Assembly: GCA_013298365.1 (NCBI GenBank)
Contig: JAAFHL010000003.1
Span: 1 to 42,698, forward strand
DNA: 42,698 nt
From: Bacteroidota bacterium
Lineage (GTDB): Bacteria; Bacteroidota; Bacteroidia; J057
Direction of reading: 5' to 3'
Part shown: positions 7,619 through 15,183 of the stretch, one piece after another
Numbering within the stretch: the first letter of the stretch is position 1
Layout of the letters: the number at the start of each line of letters is the position of its first letter
Notes under the pieces: generated by a model
Databases searched by the model: none
What the model saw: the letters and a program-made list of their open reading frames with translations, nothing else
Told to the model about the DNA's origin: nothing
Made by a program: the position numbers and the translations under genes

Positions 7619-10600
7619 TTACTTCAAAAGTATCATTTTTTTGAAGGCAGAAACGCTTTTTCCACTGGCTTTGCTTTGCAATACAACGCTATACATATAT
7701 GCTCCCGCTCCAACAGGGTTTCCATTTTCATCTACCCCATCCCATGTTAAATCTCTATTATAATTTCCTTCAGCATAAAAAGCAGTGCTTAATTTTTTTA
7801 GCAGTTGTCCCGAAAGGTTATAAATGCTCACTTCTAATAGTAAATCTTCCGCTTCAAGATTATGCCCAACACAAAATGCGGTACGTTCCTGAAAGGGATT
7901 GGGATAATTGAAAATTTCCGTTAAAGCCATAACCGCATTATCTGCCACAATAAAATCGGTAGTCGCCTCTCCAGAATTGTTTGCCACGTCCCATACCCGA
8001 ATATTTGCGGTGTATTTACCCACAGGTAAATCCCTCAGTTGATAACGTACAGTGCCTTTTTGATAATTGTCTTTTTCTGCTTTATAATATTCATTCAACA
8101 CAATGCTATTGCTTGGGTCATCATTCAAATATGCCGTAATTTCATGCCCAATGCCTGTGCCTGTAATATTGATGCCACTTTTGTCAGTAACCACAGCGTA
8201 CAAATCGGGGTTTGAAGAGGTTTTTCCTCCATTTACCCAATTTTCATCGTTGATATACAATTTTACATCGGGTCCATCATTGTCATTATTTGCGGTAACT
8301 GTGCCATCAAGTGCCAATTTATCAAAGTAGCCTACGCCATCTATCTCGTCATTGTGGAAATAAAGGCTTATTTTTCCAAAGCCTTCATCATAAGAAATGT
8401 CTATGGGAACTACAAATTTGCAGGTAAATAAGCCCTCTTTTATCGTTACTTTTCCATTAAAAAGCCTATTTTTTTGCCAATAAAACCTAAATTGCTCCTG
8501 TTTTGTAACAAATAAATTGGGTTTATCATAAATCGTGATTTCCATTTCACCTGCATAATCGGAAATAAAGCGACCATTTGTATCTTCAATTTTCCCTTTT
8601 ATTTCTACTTCTGTCAGCGATTGAATGGTATCAGGCTCATTCATTATCAGCGTTTTATTGTTTATGTGCGTAAGATTTGCCCGCAACTTTGGGTAAGCGA
8701 GTGTAATGCCAGGGTCAGCATAAAGGCTAAAATTGCGTGAGTTTTCGTTGAGCAAACCCGAAGATTGATACATGTCGTTTTTGGTGCGTTGCATGATTTC
8801 GCCAATGGTAAGAAAACGCCTCAAAAGGCTATCAAAACTAAGTGCATGGTTGTAGATTGCTCTGTTTAAAGCCTCATTTGGGTCTCCATACACTTTTCGT
8901 ACCGTAGTAAACAGGGCTATCGCACCACCATCGGGCTGAATAAAGAAAAGTTCCGCACCTGTACGCTTTTCGGGATTGTCATAACGCCCAAAATCGCAGG
9001 TTGCAGTAATAATTGCGGGCAATCTTGCCCCATTATGGGTATTTTGAATGTCCGTATTATTCAAAATATCGGCAGCAGCCCAGCCTTCTGGACCACCATG
9101 TCCTGTCCAGTTGATAATCAATGCGCCTTCGTCCAACTTTCGGAGCAAATCAGCCTTTGCCTCAGGATACGTTTTTTTAGAGCCTGTAACTTCTGCATTA
9201 TAGTTATCAAAATAAATTTTGTCTATATTGATAGCAGGATTGTGCGAATTGATGATACTTGTGTAGCCATCAGCCTGCCGCATATGGCTTGGCGCATTTG
9301 CGCCATCGCCTTCATAATAGTCCGCAACCAAGACCACTTTATTTTTCCATTGCCCAAAATCGCTTGTATTTGTCGCATATTTAATCACTTTATCTACCAC
9401 ATGTTTGGCTTCTTCTACTGTCTCCACAGGGAAACGCCCAATCGCTGCGTCCAAGCTACCTTTATCTACCCTGCCATCAACAGACTCTGCCCAAAAACCT
9501 TCGTCATCGGAGAGCATAACAAAAAAATCATCACTTGTGTAGGCACTAATCGTATATGTAAATTGTCTGCTTTGATAAGTAGGTATGAGATTTTTACTGG
9601 TAGGCACTTGTATGCCTTTATAATCATAGCTTCCATCGCCAAAGAGAAGTACGTATTTGGGAAATTCGCCTTCTGAACGGTCGTGAAACATTTTGATAAA
9701 ATCTCTAATGCCTGAAACATCTTGTTTTCCGCCCGAAAACTCATTGTAGATTTGTGCGGGAGTAACAATATGAACGCTATGATTCAAGGTATTACGATGA
9801 AATGCTGCCAACCTTTCGGCTTCTGTCAAAAATAAAGGATTTACAATCATCAAATAATCGGCTAAGGGGAGTGCATGTAAATCTTGCGGCACAATTTTTT
9901 GCGCTGCAACAGGTGTTTTGAAGCCGCCTTTGAACGCCACAAAGCGGCGAACATTATCCGCACCAACACTAAATTGACTATTTTGTGGCACAATCGCTAT
10001 CGGATTTGCTGTCTCTGAAATATCCCATAAACGATACGAATTGTCCAAGCCTGAAATGCCTAAACCTGCTACTTTTCCTGAACCTATGCCTTCTGTGAGC
10101 GAAAAATAAAGCAATTCCTGCCCATTCATGCTGGCATTTTGTTCATAATTTACCACTATCCAATCTAACCACCCTTCTGCACCAAGGCTGCTTCCCTTAT
10201 CAAATGTGATTTTGAGGCGTAAAGAGTCGCCTTCAATGGCTGCAGAATTTACATTAAACGTAGCTTTTTTGAGCCTATAAATATCTTCTGCCCCGTTTGT
10301 TCCGAAACCTTGCAAGCGATAGGTTATACCATTTTTGGCAGCAACCAAAAATTGAACGCCACTCACCGCCGTTTTTGTAGCAGCTTGTACACTTATCTCC
10401 ATGCTTGAACCCGCTTTTACATTGGGTACATACAAGGAAATGGTTCTTTCCAATATATTGTTAAAATATTCACCCACCCAAAAACGTCCACTATTGCCCT
10501 TGTTATAGGCTTCTACTTCGTGAAAATCGCTGTTTTTCAACGAAGCAGGATAATAATTTGCTGCCATTTGAGGCATTGTTTCTATCCTTTTTCCCACATT

Positions 10601-11047
10601 TTGTCCCACTTTCAAAAAGTAGAAATTACTGTCTGAATACACATTTTGTTGATGGGCAAATTGTTGATTTGTAGGATTAAATGTAGCATTGTGGGGCGAT
10701 GCCCCATAAAAAAGGACATAGTCGTTTTGCCCAAAAGTATTACCTTGTGAGGAGACAAAAATGGGATTTTCATAGACATCATCATAGCGAAAATCGGCGT
10801 TTGCTTGTGGAACAACACCTGCTCCATTTCCAAAAATCTGAATGGTAGCAGGGTTGATGCTTGCAGGTTCAATGCCAATAGCTTGAAAATAAGCCGCATC
10901 TAAACGATAAATACCTTCCTGCAAAATGGCTATTTTGTAGGTATCTCCTTCTTTTAAGACCGAATTTGCTGCATAGTTGCGTGGCGTTTGAGCAAAAGTA
11001 GCGGAAACAAGTAGCGTAAAAATACTGAAAATGAGTTTTTGATACAT
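7619..11047 (-). CDS. porU: peptidase C25 family protein, PorU-like type IX secretion C-terminal signal peptidase
   Basis: 1142 aa with a signal peptide. C25-type His/Cys contexts are WTGHGGPEGW and ITATCDFGRYD. The C-terminal beta-sandwich sorting-type domain reads YPNPFQ...SIYNLSGQLL. Size and architecture fit PorU. No porV is adjacent. Confidence 0.6.
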   Translation of the reverse strand: MYQKLIFSIFTLLVSATFAQTPRNYAANSVLKEGDTYKIAILQEGIYRLDAAYFQAIGIEPASINPATIQIFGNGAGVVPQANADFRYDDVYENPIFVSSQGNTFGQNDYVLFYGASPHNATFNPTNQQFAHQQNVYSDSNFYFLKVGQNVGKRIETMPQMAANYYPASLKNSDFHEVEAYNKGNSGRFWVGEYFNNILERTISLYVPNVKAGSSMEISVQAATKTAVSGVQFLVAAKNGITYRLQGFGTNGAEDIYRLKKATFNVNSAAIEGDSLRLKITFDKGSSLGAEGWLDWIVVNYEQNASMNGQELLYFSLTEGIGSGKVAGLGISGLDNSYRLWDISETANPIAIVPQNSQFSVGADNVRRFVAFKGGFKTPVAAQKIVPQDLHALPLADYLMIVNPLFLTEAERLAAFHRNTLNHSVHIVTPAQIYNEFSGGKQDVSGIRDFIKMFHDRSEGEFPKYVLLFGDGSYDYKGIQVPTSKNLIPTYQSRQFTYTISAYTSDDFFVMLSDDEGFWAESVDGRVDKGSLDAAIGRFPVETVEEAKHVVDKVIKYATNTSDFGQWKNKVVLVADYYEGDGANAPSHMRQADGYTSIINSHNPAINIDKIYFDNYNAEVTGSKKTYPEAKADLLRKLDEGALIINWTGHGGPEGWAAADILNNTDIQNTHNGARLPAIITATCDFGRYDNPEKRTGAELFFIQPDGGAIALFTTVRKVYGDPNEALNRAIYNHALSFDSLLRRFLTIGEIMQRTKNDMYQSSGLLNENSRNFSLYADPGITLAYPKLRANLTHINNKTLIMNEPDTIQSLTEVEIKGKIEDTNGRFISDYAGEMEITIYDKPNLFVTKQEQFRFYWQKNRLFNGKVTIKEGLFTCKFVVPIDISYDEGFGKISLYFHNDEIDGVGYFDKLALDGTVTANNDNDGPDVKLYINDENWVNGGKTSSNPDLYAVVTDKSGINITGTGIGHEITAYLNDDPSNSIVLNEYYKAEKDNYQKGTVRYQLRDLPVGKYTANIRVWDVANNSGEATTDFIVADNAVMALTEIFNYPNPFQERTAFCVGHNLEAEDLLLEVSIYNLSGQLLKKLSTAFYAEGNYNRDLTWDGVDENGNPVGAGAYMYSVVLQSKASGKSVSAFKKMILLK

Positions 11048-11220
11048 ATCATCTGTTTTTATTACCTTATATAACGAATTTTTTGTAAAAAAGGAAGTGC
11101 AAAAAAATTACCCTCTCATTTTAACAGGTTATTCTTCTTTTGTTCCTACAACAAGACTCATCGTTGCAGAACTAGGAAATTGACATCATATAGGCTATGT
11201 TAGGTTTCAAATCCTAAAAC

Positions 11221-11547
11221 GCATTTATACGATACAACATGGCTTTCTCATAAAAAAAGTGTTTGCATAAAAGGGCTGAATTTTACCACAAAGTTCACGA
11301 AGGTTTCACAAAGAACACAAAGATGAATAGGAAAACAGGCTACTTAGGAACGGGAGAAAAATAACTTGTTAATGTTGTCCATTCTGCAAGAATCCAGAAA
11401 ACTGATACTGAATCACTTAGCTTTTCTGGATTCTTGCAGAATGGCTATCTTATTTTTCACCCGTTCCTTAGTGTTTTTTGTGTTGGCTTTTCTTTGTGAA
11501 CTTTGTGGTTTTATTTTTTATGAGAAAGCCATGTACAATACAATGCA
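11221..11547. repeat. ~330-bp nested imperfect palindrome
   Basis: The outer arms contain catggctttctcataaaaaa (11238-11257), whose exact reverse complement is at 11514-11533. The middle arms are accacaaagttcac (11285-11298) and gtgaactttgtggt (11496-11509). The core is the 123-nt element. Confidence 0.8.
11346..11468. repeat. 123-nt palindromic dispersed element (MITE-like or structured RNA), copy 1
   Basis: Terminal arms aggaacggg/cccgttcct. The inner perfect 23-bp arms are ccattctgcaagaatccagaaaa (11379-11401) and its reverse complement (11422-11444). Near-identical to 25342-25464. Confidence 0.85.
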
Positions 11548-11642
11548 TTATTCATTTTAAGCTAATTATTTCTACGAGTATAGCTAAATTCTGCTAAAAA
11601 CTTCGTAATTTTGGGAACTTTTTTGCGAACAAACAGTATAAT

Positions 11643-11755
11643 AAGTAGTTAAAAGTATAATAGTTGATAGTTAAAAAGTACACTATTTTTAATAATCAAG
11701 CTTTTAACATTAAATTATCAGCTTTTTTCAGTAATCATACTTATATGTTTAGAAA
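11643..11755. repeat. dispersed AT-rich intergenic repeat with agttgatagttaaaagt heptad motif, copy A
   Basis: Shares the ordered blocks agtagtt, tagttgatagttaaaagt, ataatcaa, taaattatc and tcatacttata with 29379-29479. Confidence 0.5.
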
Positions 11756-11842
11756 AAAGATTTTTTCCCTATTTTAAATGCTTTTGCATCAAGATGGTAT
11801 GAATGAAAGCTTTTTTATGTAACAAATTCAAAAAAGTAAAAT

Positions 11843-12355
11843 ATGAGACAAAAAATAATGATTTTCTTGTTTCTTTTTCCTTGTCTTTTGTCAGCACAGT
11901 CCTACAATACAGCCGCAGGCATACGAGTAGGAAGTGGTTTAGGTATGTCTGTTCAGCAAAGAATTAGCGAAAAAACGACTGTTCAAGGGATTGCACAAAG
12001 AAGATGGGTGGAGAATAATCCTACTACGGTAACTGCTTTGCTACAAAGACATAAAGCATTAAAAGGACGTGCACTGAACGCCTATATGGGCATTGGAGCG
12101 CACAAAACCTGGACAGAAGCAGATAATATGTATGGGATAGATGGCATTGTAGGGCTTGAAGGAACGATTTTTTACTTGAATACGTCCTTAGATTATCGTC
12201 CTTTGTGGAACATGAACGTAGAAACAAGAAATTATCAAGGGCAAGTGGGCGTAACGGTTAGGTATGTTATCAAACAAGCTCCTTACCAAAAGAAAAAGAC
12301 GAAAAAAGGAGAAAAAGAATATTATAATCCGCCGCCACAAACTAAATGGACATAG
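11843..12355 (+). CDS. hypothetical secreted/outer-membrane protein
   Basis: Signal peptide MRQKIMIFLFLFPCLLSAQ, beta-rich body and a Lys-rich tail. No family recognised. Confidence 0.5.
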   Translation: MRQKIMIFLFLFPCLLSAQSYNTAAGIRVGSGLGMSVQQRISEKTTVQGIAQRRWVENNPTTVTALLQRHKALKGRALNAYMGIGAHKTWTEADNMYGIDGIVGLEGTIFYLNTSLDYRPLWNMNVETRNYQGQVGVTVRYVIKQAPYQKKKTKKGEKEYYNPPPQTKWT

Positions 12356-12421
12356 AAAATTATAGACAAGAAATTATGGCTAATTTACAGTCATAATTCA
12401 CCAATTATATTTCATCATTAC

Positions 12422-13510
12422 ATGACAAAACTTCGTATAGGCATTACCATAGGAGACGTGAATGGGGTAGGTCCCGAAATTCTGCTCAAAGCATTTCAAG
12501 ACAGTAGATTACGAAATATGTGTATTCCCATTTTATATGGCTCTGCTCGTGTGCTCAATATTTATAAAAAAATGCTTCAATTTGATAAATTTGGTTACAC
12601 CCTTGTGGCAAATCCTTCGCAAGCAAAGCCTGGTGTACTCAATGTTATCGATTGTATTCCCGATATAGAAAGAATAGATGTAGGAAATCCCTCACCTGCT
12701 TCTGGACATTGCGCCCTTGTGGCTTTGCAATGTGCAATAGATGATGCTTTGCACAAACAAATAGATGCCATTGTTACTTTGCCCATAGACAAGGCAACCG
12801 TAAAGCTCCACAAACATGATTTTACAGGGCATACCGAAATGCTTGCAGAAGCTTTTGGCGGAAAAGATAATCTGATGTTTATGGTTTCCGATGACATCAA
12901 AGTAGGGCTTGTAACCAATCATGTTGCCTTAGCTGATGTATCCAAAAATTTATCAATCAATCGTATTGTGGCAAAAGCAAAGATGATGATAGATACCTTG
13001 AAAAAAGACTTTGACAAGGAAAAACCCATTATCGCTGTTTTGGGACTCAATCCTCATTCGGGTGACGAAGGCAATATTGGCAGAGAAGAAATAGACATTA
13101 TCACGCCCGCCTTGGCGCAGTTGCACAAAGAAGGGTATATGGCGTATGGTCCTTATTCGCCTGATGGCTTTTTTAGTTCGTTGGGATTCAAGCACTTTGA
13201 TGCGGTTTTAGCCATGTATCACGACCAAGGACTTATTCCTTTCAAATTATTGGTAGGCACACAAGGCGTAAACTACACAGCAGGCATGGAAATCATTCGC
13301 ACTTCGCCCGACCATGGGGTAGCCTATGATATTGCAGGAAAAGGTGTGGCAGATGAAAGTAGTTTCCGTAATGCCCTATATCTTGCTATAGATATTTATG
13401 AACGCCGCAGCGAAAATATGGCACTCAAATCAAATGCTTTGATTATAGAGAAAAAACAAGCCTCACAAGAAGAAGCTCAGTCTGCAAAGGTGGCTTTTGA
13501 CGAAATTTAG
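12422..13510 (+). CDS. pdxA: 4-hydroxythreonine-4-phosphate dehydrogenase
   Basis: ITIGDVNGVGPEI, FTGHTEML, GLNPHSGDEG, HDQGLIPFK and RTSPDHG motifs are typical of PdxA. Confidence 0.85.
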   Translation: MTKLRIGITIGDVNGVGPEILLKAFQDSRLRNMCIPILYGSARVLNIYKKMLQFDKFGYTLVANPSQAKPGVLNVIDCIPDIERIDVGNPSPASGHCALVALQCAIDDALHKQIDAIVTLPIDKATVKLHKHDFTGHTEMLAEAFGGKDNLMFMVSDDIKVGLVTNHVALADVSKNLSINRIVAKAKMMIDTLKKDFDKEKPIIAVLGLNPHSGDEGNIGREEIDIITPALAQLHKEGYMAYGPYSPDGFFSSLGFKHFDAVLAMYHDQGLIPFKLLVGTQGVNYTAGMEIIRTSPDHGVAYDIAGKGVADESSFRNALYLAIDIYERRSENMALKSNALIIEKKQASQEEAQSAKVAFDEI

Positions 13511-13527
13511 TTTTGCTTAACAAAATA

Positions 13528-13566
13528 AAAACAAGCCTGATATATTTATGTCAGACTTGTTTTTTG
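13528..13566 (+). terminator. rho-independent terminator-like hairpin after pdxA
   Basis: aacaagcctga / tcagacttgtt stem (one mismatch) followed by a T-run (13560-13565). Confidence 0.5.
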
Positions 13567-13728
13567 TTATAAAAAATATTTTCTTTTTTAGGGAAATAGT
13601 TTTTTAGAAAAAAAATACATATTTTTGTGAAAAATTCTTGCCTTTTAATTAACATTTTACGTATATATGTCTATAATTATTCAGAAATTATCCGTTATTG
13701 GTTTTACCCCATATATTATCAAGTCAGA

Positions 13729-14700
13729 ATGAAATATTTAACTTCACTTATTACCGTTTATTTTCTTTGCTTGTCATGCCTTTATGCACAGACACTCCAT
13801 TATAAAATTCCTTTTCCTGCAAGTGCCTCAGTAACACGTAGTTATGCAGTGTGTTCATACCCTTCAGAATACCAAAAACAAATGGTAGAAAATGTGCGTG
13901 TAGGGGAAAACTTGGCTTATGATACGCTTTACACCAGTGAAATTATTTTGCCCAATTATGATACTTTGGCAGAAAACGTCATGGTTTATCCCGAATATAG
14001 CTATTGGGAATGGACAGGTGGCGATTCATTGACTTCTATCAAAGAATATAATATTGCCACAGCTGAAATGGTGGAATATTTTGCACCTATTTACACAATT
14101 CGCAAAGAGCGAAAATTATTGGAAGGGGAAGGACAACGTTGGGAAAGAGGATTAAAAAGCGCATTTTGTCTTTCTGCTAACCCAGACGACTGCTCAACGG
14201 TGCGTCTTAGTCCGATTGCACCTCAATATGCCTTGATAAAGTACCATGAAGTTGTGCGTCCTGCGCATAAAATTACGCACAAAGGTGGTACAGAATTGAT
14301 GGAAGAATTGACCGAAAATGCACCTTATATTCGCAAAATAACGGTTCCTGCACAGTACAAAATTGTGCGCAAATATGCCCCACAAAATGAGCCTTATATT
14401 TTGGTGAGCCAAGAAATTGTTCCTGCCAAAGAACAAGATGAGGAAGGTAATCGCATCGTATTCGTGAGAGCAGGAGGAATGTCGGACTGGCGAGAAATGC
14501 CTTGCTGTGAATGTCTGAGTGATATTCCGCCCATTATTCACATTCAACGTGCGCTCAAAGACAAAGGCTACTACAAGGGCGAATTAGATAACATTCTCAA
14601 TCCAGAAACAAAAGCCTCTTTAAAGCAATTTCAAAAAGACAATGATTTGCAAATTGGGAAATTAGATACAGAGACACTTACTGCATTGAATATACAATAA
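13729..14700 (+). CDS. secreted protein with P-A-x-Y repeats and C-terminal peptidoglycan-binding (PG_binding_1-like) domain
   Basis: ATG 13729 gives the signal peptide MKYLTSLITVYFLCLSCLYAQ. The C-terminus IQRALKDKGYYKGELDNILNPETKASLKQFQKDNDLQIGKLDTETLTAL has the PG_binding_1 pattern. Its C-terminal module is paralogous to 36313..37014. Confidence 0.6.
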   Translation: MKYLTSLITVYFLCLSCLYAQTLHYKIPFPASASVTRSYAVCSYPSEYQKQMVENVRVGENLAYDTLYTSEIILPNYDTLAENVMVYPEYSYWEWTGGDSLTSIKEYNIATAEMVEYFAPIYTIRKERKLLEGEGQRWERGLKSAFCLSANPDDCSTVRLSPIAPQYALIKYHEVVRPAHKITHKGGTELMEELTENAPYIRKITVPAQYKIVRKYAPQNEPYILVSQEIVPAKEQDEEGNRIVFVRAGGMSDWREMPCCECLSDIPPIIHIQRALKDKGYYKGELDNILNPETKASLKQFQKDNDLQIGKLDTETLTALNIQ

Positions 14701-14703
14701 GGT

Positions 14704-15180
14704 TTAATGAATTGTTTTTTTTCTGTGAGGTGGCACAACTACCTCACTTTTTATTTTGGTAGGCTCTGACGGCGGGTAATAATACACCGAAATTTCCACC
14801 CTTCGATTGGAATGTTTTCCCTCATCGTCTGCATTTCTTGTAGCAGGTTGGTCTGCCCCAAAAAAGTCGGCACGTATCCACTCACTATTTAAGCCCAATT
14901 GCAATAAATAATTTTTTACCGCCCCAACTCTGTGTTCTGAAAGTTTTTGATTGGCAGTAATATTGCCTGTATTGTCTGTATGTCCCGTCAGAATCATGGT
15001 GTAGGAAGGACTTTCTTTAACTAAATTGGCTATCTCAAATAAAGTCATCAAACTTTGCTGCGAAAGCGCATAGCTTCCACTTTCAAAATAGACTTGTTTT
15101 TTGAGTGGCGTATTTTGTGAAAAAACAGAAAATGATGTGAGAAGACAAGAAAATAAGAAAATATATTTCATTTGTAGCAT
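14704..15180 (-). CDS. OmpA-family (OmpA C-terminal peptidoglycan-binding domain) secreted protein
   Basis: Signal peptide, then YFESGSYAL...LTGHTDNTG...LSEHRVGAVKNYL...NRRVEISV. Confidence 0.8.
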   Translation of the reverse strand: MLQMKYIFLFSCLLTSFSVFSQNTPLKKQVYFESGSYALSQQSLMTLFEIANLVKESPSYTMILTGHTDNTGNITANQKLSEHRVGAVKNYLLQLGLNSEWIRADFFGADQPATRNADDEGKHSNRRVEISVYYYPPSEPTKIKSEVVVPPHRKKTIH

Positions 15181-15183
15181 TTT

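Noticed and set aside
9035-9676. 213-aa plus-strand ORF
   Set aside because: Antisense to the PorU-like gene. It is Cys/Phe/Ile-rich with no motifs, while the 1142-aa minus-strand frame carries clear C25 and CTD signatures.
7619-11047. Missing porV next to the PorU-like gene as an anomaly
   Set aside because: porU/porV adjacency is common but not universal, and its absence within one window is not informative.
11195-11222. tRNA-like T-arm (ttaggtttcaaatcctaa)
   Set aside because: The loop is 8 nt rather than 7. No acceptor stem, anticodon arm or D-arm can be built from the flanking ~70 nt.
11221-11547. Possible CRISPR array (also considered for the heptamer arrays)
   Set aside because: There are no 25-40-bp direct repeats separated by unique spacers. 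The repeats are inverted (palindromic) or 7-bp tandem units, and no cas genes are present.
11366-11560. 64-aa ORF in the PorU-downstream gap
   Set aside because: It lies entirely within the nested palindrome and its sequence is dictated by the inverted repeats. No ribosome-binding or coding signature.
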